Below, one piece after another: positions 1-12,526 of a DNA stretch of 64,000 nucleotides. This DNA is from Sphyrna mokarran (Eukaryota). The translations under genes were made by a program, and so were the position numbers. The notes under the pieces were generated by a model, which made no database searches, was not told the origin of the DNA, and saw only the letters and a program-made list of their open reading frames with translations. Within the stretch, counting starts at the first letter, position 1, and each line of letters starts with the position of its first letter. The stretch lies in contig JAGIQG010000040.1 in the NCBI GenBank assembly GCA_024679065.1, forward strand, positions 10,230,001-10,294,000, read 5' to 3'.

Positions 1-46
1 TTTTCAAACACAGATTGAAACGATTTGACCGGTTATAGTCACTTAC

Positions 47-113
47 CAGGAACACCAATAATGGCAATGATTGGGTAGATTATTTTCGCAGCTTTCTCAA
101 CTGGATACAACAT
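47..113 (-). CDS. Exon 1 of a GPR139/GPR142-like class A GPCR gene; the rest of the gene lies left of the window
   Basis: Minus strand reads ATG..MLYPVEKAAKIIYPIIAIIGVP-G|GTAAGT (phase-1 donor). Same exon-1 design as the gene at 15131. TATAAA on the minus strand at 197-202. Confidence 0.8.
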
Positions 114-577
114 TCTCAATGTGCAGTAATGAATCCCTTCGTGCTGCTCAGTCTCTCTGTCTTAATCTGTGAGCTATATATTCCCAAAGCCTTTAATTTA
201 TACATTCTAGAATCAGCTGAGGAACATTGAGGGAGAACAAAGGTGAGAAGTTATTTTTTAACACATGAACAAACAGATTGCAACATTGAGTTCAGTGATG
301 AAAACATTTATTTTTCAATGGAATGACGGCTTTCAAAACACTGGATTCTGTTGATCACATTTATCATCCAATAGTAAATGGAAAGACACTGCCCACTCAA
401 ACAATCCCATCTCTCGGTCTCAGTTTGTTACAGTGATATCTGGACTGTGACCATTCAGTAACTAAGTTCCAACAGTTACCGCGTCTCTCTGTGTGTGATG
501 TTTAACTGGATATTCATTTCAGTGACTTAAGTGGATTAGGGATTTCGATAATTCCAAAATTCTGCTTATCAACACGA

Positions 578-829
578 TGGGGCATAGCTTTAAATTGAGG
601 GGTGAAAATTATAGGACGGATGTCAGAGATAGGTTCTTTACTCAGAGGGTAGTAAGGACGTGGAATGTCCTGCCTGCAGCAGTTGTGGACTCGCCAACTT
701 TACAAGCATTCAAATGGTCATTGGATAGACATATGTATCATATTGGAATGGTTTAAGTTAGAGGGTCATTAGATTGGTTCCACGGGTCACCGAAGGGCCT
801 GTACTGGCCGCAGTGTTCTATGTTCTATA
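578..829 (+). mobile_element. CR1 LINE 3' end fragment
   Basis: Resembles the 3' end of the 10460-11965 CR1; ends in a GTTCTATGTTCTAT tail. Confidence 0.85.
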
Positions 830-1069
830 ATAATCTGGAAATACTAACGTGCAAAGAGAATTATTTTACCCCTAAAACAAAAACAGCTACTGAAACTGAG
901 AAATCATTTAGAAAATGGGATATCACAAAAAAGTCAGACACTGCAACACATACAATCACATCATCTCATAGTAAAAAAAAATAACTGTGACAAGTAATGC
1001 ACAGGCTCCAGCTTATATTTGTCCCACATCTGATTCACAACCTTATCCTGGGAGAGAATCGGGTGAGGA

Positions 1070-1790
1070 TAATGAATGGATAGGAGTGAGAGAAGAAGAC
1101 TCTAAGAGATGAAAGTGAAGAAGAGGAAAATAGAAAGAAATATACAGAGGGAGGGAGTCTGGGAGAGGTTATGAGGAAGCAGATAATGTGATAGGAATCG
1201 TGTTTATGTAAGCAACTTAAACACGTGAGAATTCAGCTCCATCTTAAAAGAATCGGTGCAGTGCTCACTTTAAATAATTGAGCTGACGTATTGAGTCCTG
1301 TTCTGGGATACACACTTTATACATGATATGAAGACGTTGGTGAGAGAAATGGAGGAGAGGGTCTAACAGGAAATGGCAACTGGAATGAGAGAGAGGAAGA
1401 GACATTGACTAAGAGAGTGATGGCTGAAAACGGAGGAAGATGTCAACGAATACAGAGTTAGTGAATAAGACAGAGGCGCAATTTAAATCAAAGGTTTGAC
1501 TATCCACTCAGGGATTGAGAGTGAGAGACAAAGGGGTGAGTTGAGGAAGGAACATTGATGGAATGAGAGAAAGAGAAAGTGGAGGCGAGGGGTAGAGAGA
1601 TGAGGCGAATGAAGCAGATACCAGATAATGGAGAGAGAGAGCTGGAGCAAACGGAAAGAGAGAGAAACAGAGTGAGTGAGGAGAGTTGGGCCAATGGAGG
1701 ACGAACGATATGAGGAAGGAGGGATTGGGCCATAGAGGGAGAGATGAGTGAGAGAGAGAATAGACTGAAAAATGACATGGTGATAGATGA
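1070..1790. repeat. Degenerate GA-rich (polypurine) low-complexity tract
   Basis: Strong G/A skew on the + strand; produces spurious Leu/Ser-rich minus-strand ORFs. Confidence 0.75.
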
Positions 1791-2600
1791 ATTTGGGAAA
1801 GGGTGTGTAGATAGTTTGAGTCATGTTGAGATCAAACAAGATAAGATATTGGGATTCTAGGAAACGTACAACAAATGGCTGAACCGTTAAGAGAATTGAA
1901 GGGCAGAGGGATCTGGTTGTACAGGTACACAGGTCACTGAATGTGGCAACGCGGAGGGAGAAGATAATCAAGAAAACAGAAGGCATGCTTGCCTTCATCG
2001 GCCGCGAGATTGAGTTTAAAAAACTGGCCACTCATGTTGCAACTTCACAGGACTTTAGTTGGTTTGCACGGGGAATGTAGTGTCCCATTCTCGTAGCCAC
2101 ACTACCAAAAAGATGTGGAGGTTTTGAAGAGGATACAAAAGAGATTTACCAGAATGTTGCCTGGCATGGTGGGCATTAGCTATGAGGAGAAGTGGGAGAT
2201 ATTTTATTTGTTCTTAACAGAATGACGGTGGTTGAGGGTTGACCTAATAGAAATCAAGACGATTACGAGTGGCATGGACAGATTGGATAGAAGAAGCTTT
2301 TCCCTCGATGCAAGAGTCAATTACTAGGGACATAGGTTTAAGATGTGGGGGCAAGGTGCAAAGGAGGCAAGCTTTTTTTTTCACAGAAGGTGGTGGGTGC
2401 TTGGAATTATCTGCTGGGGGAGGTTTTAGAAGCAGAAACGATAGTGAGTTAAAGGGGGCGTTTTGATAATACATGAATAGGATGGGAATAAAGGAATCTA
2501 GACCCCGGAAGGGTAGGGTACTTTACTTCAGCCAGGCAGCACAGTCGGTGCAGACTTGGAGGGACCAAGGGCCTGCACCTGTGCTATAATTTTCTCTTTT
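1790..2600 (+). mobile_element. Degenerate CR1 LINE (ORF2 C-terminus and 3' UTR)
   Basis: GMLAFIGR and RFTRMLPG motifs with stops and frameshifts. Confidence 0.85.
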
Positions 2601-2772
2601 TGTCTTTCTTCTTTGTTGGGACGATGGAGGAGTTTTGAAGCAATTGAGTTAGAAAAGTTGTACAGAATGGAGAAAATCACCGAGAGAGGGAGAGATAGAG
2701 TCAGGGAGGGGGAGATAGGGTGAATGAGTGATAGGCGAGTGAATTGGGGAGAAACGGGGGATGAAACAGAAA

Positions 2773-3077
2773 GGCACAGTGACACTGTGGTTAACTATTG
2801 TCTCACAGCGCCAAGGCCCCAGGTTCAAATCCGGCATCAGGTCACTTTCGGTGTGGAGTTTGCACGTGTTCTCCGTGTCTGTATGGGTTTCCTCCGGATG
2901 TTCTGGTTTCCTCCCATAGTCCAACAATGTGCAGCTAGGTTGATTAGCTACGCTGAATTGTTCACTATTGTCAGCGGAACTCGCAGAGTAAAATATGTGG
3001 GATTGTGGGAATAGAATGGGTGGGAATGTGGTCGAAGGAATGACCTCGTGCCGTACTGTAGGGTCATACGATTCTAT
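2773..3077 (+). mobile_element. V-SINE (HE1-like) tRNA-derived SINE
   Basis: tRNA-like head (GGTTCAAATCC B box), central GTGTGGAGTTTGCAC..GGGTTTCCTCCGG domain, GATTCTAT tail. Confidence 0.8.
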
Positions 3078-3079
3078 AA

Positions 3080-4020
3080 AACGCAGAGGGATGGAGGGAT
3101 AGATGTGGCAAATGAGGAAAACAAAGAGCAAGCGGTTGGAGAGACGGACCGAACAAGGAAGAGAAGGAATGAACGATGGAAAGATGCTATAGGAAGGTTT
3201 GCTGCAAAGGATGAATGATGAAGAGATGGAGCAAATGAAGGAGACTTAGGGGAATGAGGGAAAAATGACAGGGATCGAAGCGAGGAAGGGAAAGACAGAG
3301 TGAATGTGGGAGAGCCCGGACAAATGAGAGCGAGACGGGGCAAAGGAGGGAGGGATGCGGTGAGGTAGGCAGAGACATAATGGAGTCGGGAGAGACTGAG
3401 AAACGGAGGGAGAGATGGTGCAAAGAAGCGAGGGATGGGGAGAGGGTTGAGGCAGACCTTGACAGGATGAGAGAGTCATTTGCCAGTGAGGGAGAGATGC
3501 GTTGAGGGAGGGAGTAACAGGATAAGGGCAAACAGGAAAAGAGAACTATGGACAGTGCGAATGAGGGAAAAACTGGACATGATAAGAAAAATGGAGTGAC
3601 TGCGGTACAAAGTGGGGCACAGGAGGGTGAGGGAGGAACATTGCAAATGAGGGAGAGACAAGTTTTCAAAGGGACAGACCGGGTGAATAAGCAGTGATGA
3701 GATAATGAATGGAGCAAACGTAGGAGAGACGGGACAATGAAGCAAGCTTCATGGGTGCTGAGTAAGAAAGTTTATAAGGAATGGAAAAATTCGATAAGAA
3801 AGTGAGAGACAGGACGACGAAGGAGAGACAGTGAGGGAGAATGCTTGCAGGTTTAGGAGGAAGAGAGGGGCGAACGAGGAGAGTGCAGGTTTGGCAGGGA
3901 GAAAGCGTTTAAGAGATAGATAGGGGGAGGGGGAATGAGACAAATAGGGGAAGGACAGTGTGAGCTATTGAGGGAATGACAGAGCAAAATTGGGTGAGTT
4001 TGGGCGAATGAGTGTGAGCC
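3080..4020. repeat. Degenerate GA-rich low-complexity tract
   Basis: About 940 bp of purine-skewed sequence. Confidence 0.75.
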
Positions 4021-6620
4021 AAAGAATATAGAACAAAGTGCAAAGAACAGGAAAGGAATAGGTCCTTCTATCCTCTATGTCTATGGCGATCACGATACCG
4101 ACCCAAACTAAAACCATAGGAACTTACAGAGTTCATTTCGTCCATTCCAATCCTATTCATGCATTTATTTAATTGCCCCTTAGATATTTCTATCGTACGT
4201 GCCCCCTTCACTAACTTAGGTACCGCGTTCCAGACATTCAGCATCCTCTGTGCAAAACACTTATCTTCAATATCTCCTCCAAACGCTTCCCCACATACAT
4301 AAAATTTTGACCATTAGTACTTGACTTCTCTATGCTAGGGAAGAGCATCTGACTATCCACTCTGTCCATGCCACTATAATGACCTGTACCACGTCATCCC
4401 CTCAACCTCCATCGTTCCAGTGAGAAAAAACTGTTTTTAACCAACTTCACCTCATAGCTAATACTCACCAGATCAGGGAACATTCTGGTAAACATCTTTT
4501 ATATCCTTTTTCAGTCATTCATATCCTTGTGGTTATGTGTCGACTAGAATTGTACACAACATTCTAAATAATGCCTAACTAAGGTTATGCATAGCTGGAG
4601 CATAGCCTGCCATTTTTATACTGAAAGCCCCGACTGATGAAGCCAGGCATGCCATATGCTTTTTTGACCACTGATTGGTGGGCATGTACGCACATATATC
4701 TCTACTAGTCAATACTCTTAAGGGTTCGACCATTTAATTATAAATACTAAATGCATTAGATCTTCAAAAATGTATTATCTCAGGCTTGTCCGGATTAAAC
4801 TCCTTCGTCCTTTTCTCCGTCCAAGTGCCCAACTAGTCAATACCTTGCCGCACTCACTGACAGTTCACTTCACTGTCCGCAACTCCACCAAGTTTTGTGT
4901 CACCTGTGATATTGGACCAGCTACATTTTCCTCCAAATCATTGATATAAGAACAACACATGTGGCAGAAATGATCCCTGTAGAATACCGCTAATCGATTC
5001 AGAAAAACACCTCTCTACTTCTACGCTCTGACTGCGATGGCCAAGCCAGTACTCTGTCCAGCTCGCCAGCTCTCCTCTGATTCCGTGTGATTTCACCTTT
5101 TGCCCACTCTATCACGAGGTCATTGTCAAAGGCTTTACTAAAGTCCATTAATACAACATCTATTGTCTTGCTCTCATCTATCATCTTCGTTAATTTGTTG
5201 AAACATTCGATTAAGTTAGCGAGGCACAATTCCATCCTACCCCTCACATCGCCTTCACAAAATAGTGCTGTTTATCACTAATTAGACCATTTGTTTCCAG
5301 ATGTGAACCAATCCTTTCCCGAAAATTTCTTTCTGGTAATATCTCTACCACTGACAGAAGGCATTCAAACCTACAATTTCCTGGTGATCCCGCTGACCCT
5401 TTTAAAGAAATGGGACAACATTAGCTATCCTCCAGTCCTCTGGGTCTTCACCTGTAACCAATGATGATTCACAAATCTCTATCGAGGCCCCAGCAATTTC
5501 TGCCCTTGCCTCGCTCAGTGTTATGGGGTGGATCCCATCAGTTCCGAGGGAATTACCTACTTTTTTTTTAGGTTTGCCCTAAGCCTTCTCCTTTTTGATA
5601 TCGACATGACCCAGAACGTTTACATACTCTACCCTAATCTTCTCATCCAACCAGTCCTTCCTTTGGTTTATAGCGAGGCAAGGTATTCATTTAGTATTTC
5701 GTCCATTTCTTCTGGTGTCATGCATAGATTCCCTTCACTATCCTTGAGTACACCAAACTTCCCCTAGCTACTTTCTTGCTCGTTACATACAAATAAAATG
5801 CCTTAGGATTTCCCTTAATCATATTTATTAAGGATCTTCATGCTCTCTTTCAGCCCTCCTAAATCTTTCCTGAAGTCCTTTCCTATGTTCTAAATATTCT
5901 TCACGGACTTTATCTGTCCTAAGCATTTTAGACCTTATGAATGCCTCATTTTTATTTTTAACAAAGCTCATAACATCGTTATCCGGGTTTCCCGATACAT
6001 GCCACACATATTCTTCATCCTCACAGGTACATACTGGTCCTGAATTCCAATCAACTGACATTTGAAATTTTCCCACATATCAGCCATTGATTTATCCCCA
6101 ATCTACACTCCCAGATCGTGCCTACCGTAGTTGTAGTTAGTCTTCCCCAAGTTTAATACCTTTTCCTGAGGAATACTCTCGCCCAAATCCACAAGCGCCT
6201 TAATACTTATTGAAGTATGACTATTGTTCACAACATGCGCTATTACTAAGATTTCAATCAATTGGCCAGGCTCACTTCCAAATACCAGGTCTAATATGGC
6301 TCCTTCTCGAGTTTGGCTATTTACAAAATGTGTCAAGCCGCTGAACGCCCCTTGCAAGTTCTGTCCCACCCACTCTTCTCGCTGTAAGTGAGGCCCAGTC
6401 AACAGAGGGAAAGTTAAAATCGCCCACCACAGCTACGCTGTTGTCTTTGCATCTTTCCAAAATCTGTCTGGATATCTGTTCCTCTATCTCCTGTTGACTG
6501 ATGGGAAGCTAGTATAAAACCTCAATATTGTGACTGTTCCCTTCATATTCGTGAGCTCTACCCACATAGGCTCGCTGCCTGAAACCATCCCGATCGCCAA
6601 TCAATCCAGACTGACATCCC
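4020..6620 (-). mobile_element. Long degenerate CR1 LINE (endonuclease to RT to 3' end)
   Basis: Minus-strand ORF fragments TREGAILDLVFGSEPGQ and CLANLIECF..DVVLMDFSKAFD; AAAGAAC-type tail near 4021-4050. Confidence 0.9.
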
Positions 6621-7009
6621 AGCACAAGGTTGTATGTTCTTTTCTCCTATCCTTCTCCATTTTCCTTTACTCTGTAGTTGTTTGTGAACAATTAAATCTT
6701 CAAAATGTTCCAGTTTGGATAAAAGGTCTGCTACCTGAAACATCCACACTATTTCTCTTTATTGTTGCTTTTTGACCTGCTGGGTGTTTCCAATATTTTC
6801 TGTTTTGACCTGGAATTTACAGCAGCTGTGGTATCTTGTTTTTGGCTCGAGATGGATCAGTTTCATCTGACTGAAAACTATCTGTTCAAACAGATAAACA
6901 CATGAGGTTTGAAGTAATGAGGCAGCATATGTCACAACATTTGACATTGAATGAAGCAAAATGAGAATTGATCATTTCATAAAATATTATTAACACAATA
7001 TATATTTCA

Positions 7010-7310
7010 TTGTCGTGGCCAGTATTTGCTTGACATCCTTAATTCTCTTGAACTGAATGTTTTGCTGAGCCATTCAATAGCCCAGTTTACAGTCAATCAC
7101 ATTGCCGTGGATCTGGGCTCTTGTGCATGATAGATTTGGTAAAAATGGCAGGTTTCAATTTGTAGGGGACCGGAATTTTTCACGGCAATCAGAATAAAAA
7201 TCTTCATTTGTGAGTCTAGCTTTCACTTCAGTTTCAGCTCCAGGCTGTGGGGGATTTGAAACTGGGCCTCGGGATTCATACTCTCTGATTTTACCATAAT
7301 GTCATTACAC
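7010..7310 (-). mobile_element. tRNA-derived shark SINE (SacSINE1/Deu-like family); related copies near 20340-20500, 26325-26635, 27905-28180, 43065-43400, 58360-58680
   Basis: Shared core ATGTGACTCCAGA..CACAGCAATGTGGTTGACT in several copies. The family name is tentative. Confidence 0.55.
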
Positions 7311-7739
7311 TCTCGGAAAAAGGCACATTGAAACAAACATTCCAACCAATGCGCCGTGGAAATCAGTGTCAGACACTGAGAGTATAGAGTAATGAACGAA
7401 ACATTCCTTGCTCTCATTCAAATGCAGAAAAATGTAATGATCCCTCAACGGGTCATTCCCAATCTGGAGTGGGAGGAATAGGGAACTGTTCAGTCCCTGA
7501 ATTTTTATCAGAACTGGAAACAAGTTACAGTTAATTAAAATCACAGAAGAAAAGGTTTGTGATCATGTGGAAGGCGGGGCACATTAAATAACAACGTAAT
7601 GATGAAAGGGGAAAGTGGTGGGAATTGGAGAAGTTAAGAAATTAAAGTGAGTAATTATGTATTTGTCATCTGTTTATGCTCTGCTTGAAATGTTTTACTC
7701 TGTTGACCACTTCACTTCTCTCCCACACTGAACAACTTC

Positions 7740-7900
7740 AACGCGAAAACAGAAAATTTTGAAAAATCTCCGCCGTTCTGACGGCAGCTTCGGTGAGAGA
7801 GCAGAGTTAACGTTCCGGGTCGGGTCTATGCTCTTTCTGCAGAGACTGACAGACATGCTGAGATTTTCCAACGTTTTCTGTTTTTGTTTCAGATGTTGGA
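7740..7900. mobile_element. Short palindromic Penelope-derived element; related copies near 6720-6830, 26040-26235, 40820-41045, 41350-41430
   Basis: AAAACAGAAAAT..GAAAAATCTC arm is inverted relative to GAGATTTTCC..TTTTCTGTTTT. Confidence 0.55.
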
Positions 7901-7909
7901 ATCCACAGT

Positions 7910-8430
7910 TTTATCTAGGGCCGGGTAGAGGTGCTCTACTGATTAGTCGCATCAGTGCGTAGGTACAGGGATAGGGCTGGAGGAATGTGTTTTGGTGATT
8001 AGTTGAATCAATATGTCAAGGGATGGTAGTAGGGTCTGAGTGAAAGTGTTCTTTAGTTTGTGAGGTCAGTATGTCAGAGTACAGGAATGGGGACTGGGGA
8101 AAATGATCTCTGTATTATTGGGGTCAGCATGTCACAGTACAAGGATAGGACCAGGATAAAGGTACTCCAAAGATTAGTGGAGACAGTCTATCAGGGTACA
8201 AGGATAGAGCGCGGGGAAAGTCTGTTTGTCTGTTGACTAGTGGGGTTAATATGTCAAGGTACAGGGATAGGGTCTGGGTAAATGTGTTCTTTTGTTCAGT
8301 GGGATCAATATGTCAGACAACGGGAATCGGGCCTGGATCTGTTAATTAGTTAAATTAGTTAGCTAGTTAAAGTGCTCTGTTAATTAGTGTGGTCCTTATG
8401 CCAGGGGACAAGGATAGGGCTTGGGGATAC
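7910..8430 (+). repeat. Degenerate ~57-60 bp minisatellite, about 8 units
   Basis: Recurring TTAGTGGGGTCAGTATGTCAGGGTACAGGGATAGGG-like unit. Confidence 0.7.
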
Positions 8431-8535
8431 GAGTGGATAGATTTCTGATAGACAAGGGAGTTAAGGGTTATGGGAAGAAAGCGGGATTCACCTCAGATCA
8501 GCCATAATCTATTTTAATGGCGGGGCAGACTCGAA

Positions 8536-8635
8536 NNNNNNNNNNNNNNNNNNNNNNNNNNNNNNNNNNNNNNNNNNNNNNNNNNNNNNNNNNNNNNNNN
8601 NNNNNNNNNNNNNNNNNNNNNNNNNNNNNNNNNNN
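8536..8635. other. Assembly gap (100 N)
   Basis: Run of N. Confidence 1.
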
Positions 8636-8801
8636 AATGATGTATGCACATATTCACTCAAGTCCCTTGGCGTCTATATTCATGTTCGTAGCATTTTCAT
8701 AGTTTCCATTTGTCTCTTCACATTCTGCTTAACGAAACTAATCATGAAACTTTCCTCTGTAATAAACCAAATATCCAAATTGCTCGCCCATTCCACCAAT
8801 T

Positions 8802-9808
8802 AGAACAAAGAACAAAGAACAAAACAGCATGGGAAACAGGCCCTTTGGCCGAACGAGACCGCACCGCCACCCTGATGTTCCTATCTCTACCCGCGATCCC
8901 TGTCCATGATTATAGATCTATGGAGTTAAAAACCAAATTTGAGACAATTTAGGGAGAATGTGTTTTGCCAATTAGCCTAAGAGCACATCTTTGGGATGTG
9001 GGAGGAAACCCACGCAAGCACGGGGAGAATGCGCAAACTCCCACAGACACAGGCCCAAATCCATGTATCTGCACAGCACAGCGATAGTCACTGACTGTCG
9101 TATTGCCCATCAGAAGGTCCGGGTCAAGCATACGCTAACAACGTGAAGCAGTAGGATAATCTCGAAAAAGATCCAAGAGCAGTCCTCTCACGACCCATCG
9201 CGTGTATGCCCCTCGTTAGACAACAAAGTGGACCAAAGCACCTGTAGGATAAAAACAAGTACATCAATATCATCATCTATTTATACACTTCCCAGGGACT
9301 CCCAAGGCTCATGATCCCTATTTTAAATCAGTTTTCTATACCCCTCCATTCCCATTCTGTTCATGTGTCCCTCTAAGTATTTCTTAAATAACTCCAGAGT
9401 ACCTGCCTCCACCACTTTACTTGGCAGCGCATTCCATACCCCCACCACCCTCTGTGTGAAAAAAACTCCCTCTAGCATCCAAATTATACCTTACCCCCTC
9501 ACCCTAAGCCCGTGACCCCTCGTGCTATTTGAGTCCATCCTAGGAAAAAGCTTAACCCTGTTTAATCTATCAATCCCCTTCAAAATATTGTACACCTCTA
9601 TCAGATCTCCTCTAAGTCTACGTCTTTCTAAGGAAAACAGTCCCAATTTGCCTAATCTCTCCTCGTAACTCAGACCTTCCATACCACGCAGCATCCTGGT
9701 AAACCTCCTCTGCACTCTCTCCAGAGTCTTCACGTCTTTCCAGTAGTAAGGCGACCAGAATTGGACGCAGTATTCCAAATGAGGTCTAACCAGCGTTTTA
9801 TACAACTA
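8802..9808 (-). mobile_element. 5'-truncated CR1 LINE with a long 3' UTR containing a V-SINE-like domain
   Basis: [30 protein letters not shown]; (AGAACAA)n tail; colinear with 49920-50910. Confidence 0.9.
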
Positions 9809-10459
9809 CTTTATACAATTAGTTCTTTTTTATGCGTTCTGAAGTTCTGCATGATGTATTGATGGGTGTCATGTTTCCAAGTTTTGTATCATTCATGGAT
9901 TTTGAAAGTCTGGCCTCCATATGAAGTTCTCGGTCATTTCTATGTCATGAAGATCAAGGTTCATATAACATATTCCTGGCAACATGACTGCAAGCTTTGT
10001 TCCAGTCGAAAAATGGCTTCGAATTGTTTCCTGGAACTCAGGCAATCCCCTATCCATGTTGTTCCTGTCCATTTTATTCTCTGATCTCCCCAGTTACGCA
10101 CACGACTGTGGTGCAGCACCGTATCACACGACTTTTGGACGCCCATTAAAAGAAATATCTTCACAAACAATCTCTGTCACACAAGTTAATTAAACTCGAT
10201 TTGACCTGACTAAATACATTCCGGCTGAAGTTGTCAAAAAATATCAGTGGGATGGTTTCTGCAGTGATGAAGAGAGTGAAGATACAAGTACTAATCGTGT
10301 TGAAGATGCAACGATAGATTGGAAATTTGGGCGTTGGCGAGGGCATTGAGCATATTTGGAATATTGTCACACTATTTGTTCACTTACCTTAAAAAAAAGT
10401 TTATGCGTTTGAAAAAATGTTCAGAGAGGGTTCACTAAACTATTGCCAGCTATGAGCGA

Positions 10460-11965
10460 GTAGGATTCTCTGGGAGGCTAGAGAGGAGATTGCAGAGCCT
10501 TTGGCTTTGATCTTCATGTCGTCGTTGGCTGCAGGTATAGTGCTGGAAGACTGGAGGATGGCAAATGTTGTCCCTTTGTTCAAAAGGGGGAGTAGGGACC
10601 ATCCTGGAAATTATAGACAGATGAGCCTGACTTCTGTTGTGGGCAAAGTCTTGGAAAGAATTATAAGGGATAGGATTTATAAGCATCTAGAGAGAAATAA
10701 AATGATTAGGGATAGTCAGCACGGTTTTGTGAAGGGTAGGTCGTGCCTCACAAATCTTATTGAGTTTTTTGAGGAGGTGATCAAAGAGTTAGATAAGGGT
10801 AAGGCAGTTGATGTAGTATATATGGATTTTCGCAAAGCGTTTGATAAGGCCCCATGGTACTTTACTGCAGAAAGTGCAGATGCATGGGATTGAAGGTGGT
10901 TTAACAGCTTGGATTAGGAATTGGCTAGCTGATAGAAGACAGAGGGTGGTGGTTGATGGGAAAGATTCAACCTGGAGTGCAGTTAAAGGTGGTGTACCTC
11001 AAGGATCTGTTTTGGGGCCACTGCTGCTTGTCATTTTTATAAATGACCTAGATGAGGGTGTAGAGGGTTGGATTAGTAAATTTGCTGACGATACCAAAAT
11101 GGGGGGAGTTGTAGACAGCAAGGATGGATGTTACAGTTTGCAGAGGTACATAGATAGGTTGCAGAGCTGGGCCGTGAGGTGGCAAATGGAATTCAATACG
11201 GATAAGTGTGAGGTGATTCACTTTGGTAGGAATAACAGGCATATGAAATATAGGGCTATGGAAGGACCCTTAATAGTGTTGTTGAGCAGAGGGATCTTGG
11301 GGTACAAGTACATAGCTCTTTGAAAGTTGGCACCCAGGTTGATAAAGTTGTTAAGAAGGCGTAAGGTGTGTTAGCTTTTATTGGTAGAGGGATTGAATTT
11401 AGGAGCCGCGAGGTTATGTTACAACTGTACAAAACTCTGGTGCGGCCGCACTTGGAGTATTGCGTACAGTTCTGGTCGCCGCATTATAAGAAAGATGTGG
11501 AAGCATTGGAACGGGTGCAGAGGAGGTTTACCAGGATGTTGCCTGGTATGGTGGGAAGGCCTTATGAGGAAGGGCTGAGAGACCTGAGGCTATTTTCATT
11601 AGAGAGAAGAAGGTTATGCGGTGACCTAATTGAGGCGTATAAGATGATCAAAGGACTGGATAGGGTGGATAGTGAGAGCCGTTTTCCTCGGATCGTGATG
11701 ACCAACACGAGGGGACATAACTTTAAATTATGAGGTGGTAGTTATAGGGCGGATGTCAGAGGCAGGTTCTTCACACAGAGGGTGGTGAGGGCGTGGAATG
11801 CCCTGCCTGCAGCAGTTGTGGACTCGCCTACTTTGGGAGCATTCAATTGGTCGGTGGATAGGCATATGGATGATATTGGAATAGTTTAGGTTAGAGGGTC
11901 CACTGGCCGGCGCAACATCGACGGCCGAAGGGCCTGTACTGCACTGTAATGTTCTATGTTCTATA
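10460..11965 (+). mobile_element. Relatively young 5'-truncated CR1 LINE (RT domain to tail), nested in an older LINE fragment
   Basis: GVPQGSVLGPLL, ISKFADDTK and [13 protein letters not shown] motifs; few frameshifts; GTTCTAT tail. Confidence 0.95.
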
Positions 11966-12526
11966 TTAGAAAAGGTTGGTGATGTCAGGTTTCTACTCAG
12001 GAAAGTTCAGAAGAGTGAGGAGACTAAATTGACTGAAACCTTCAAAACACTAAGCAGTGCTAACAGTGTGGATGTTCAGCGGAAGTTTCCTCTTGTCTAG
12101 AGTTGTGGTTCCATTGGATGTGTATCTGAATGCAGTTACCTCGGGTCTTGACTCGGCGTCTGTTCCAATGCTGCTGTACTGTCCACGGGAGGACGCTCTC
12201 TGATCACTTACCGAACATCATGGCCTCTTTTTATACAAAGTGACTACCGATAGGAAAATGGGCGGAGAATAAAAATCCCATCCAATCACATTGCACATTC
12301 CTAGTCCTTTTGATTCAACCTTTAAATCAATACATTTATTTAACACCAATGTCCTCATTCTGAACTGAATATCTCTGAAATAGACAACAATGAATTATAA
12401 GCATGACTGAGTAACAAAAGAAAGCGAGTCACTGGGAAAACACACCCCGTGATACCTTTTTTGATATTGACTACAGTCAGTTTTTAAACAGAAGCAAATA
12501 TCTTCCAAGGGACATTGAGGATCACT

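Noticed and set aside
1483-3943. Many minus-strand Leu/Ser/Pro-rich ORFs up to 182 aa
   Set aside because: Artifacts of GA-rich low-complexity DNA and antisense CR1/SINE sequence.
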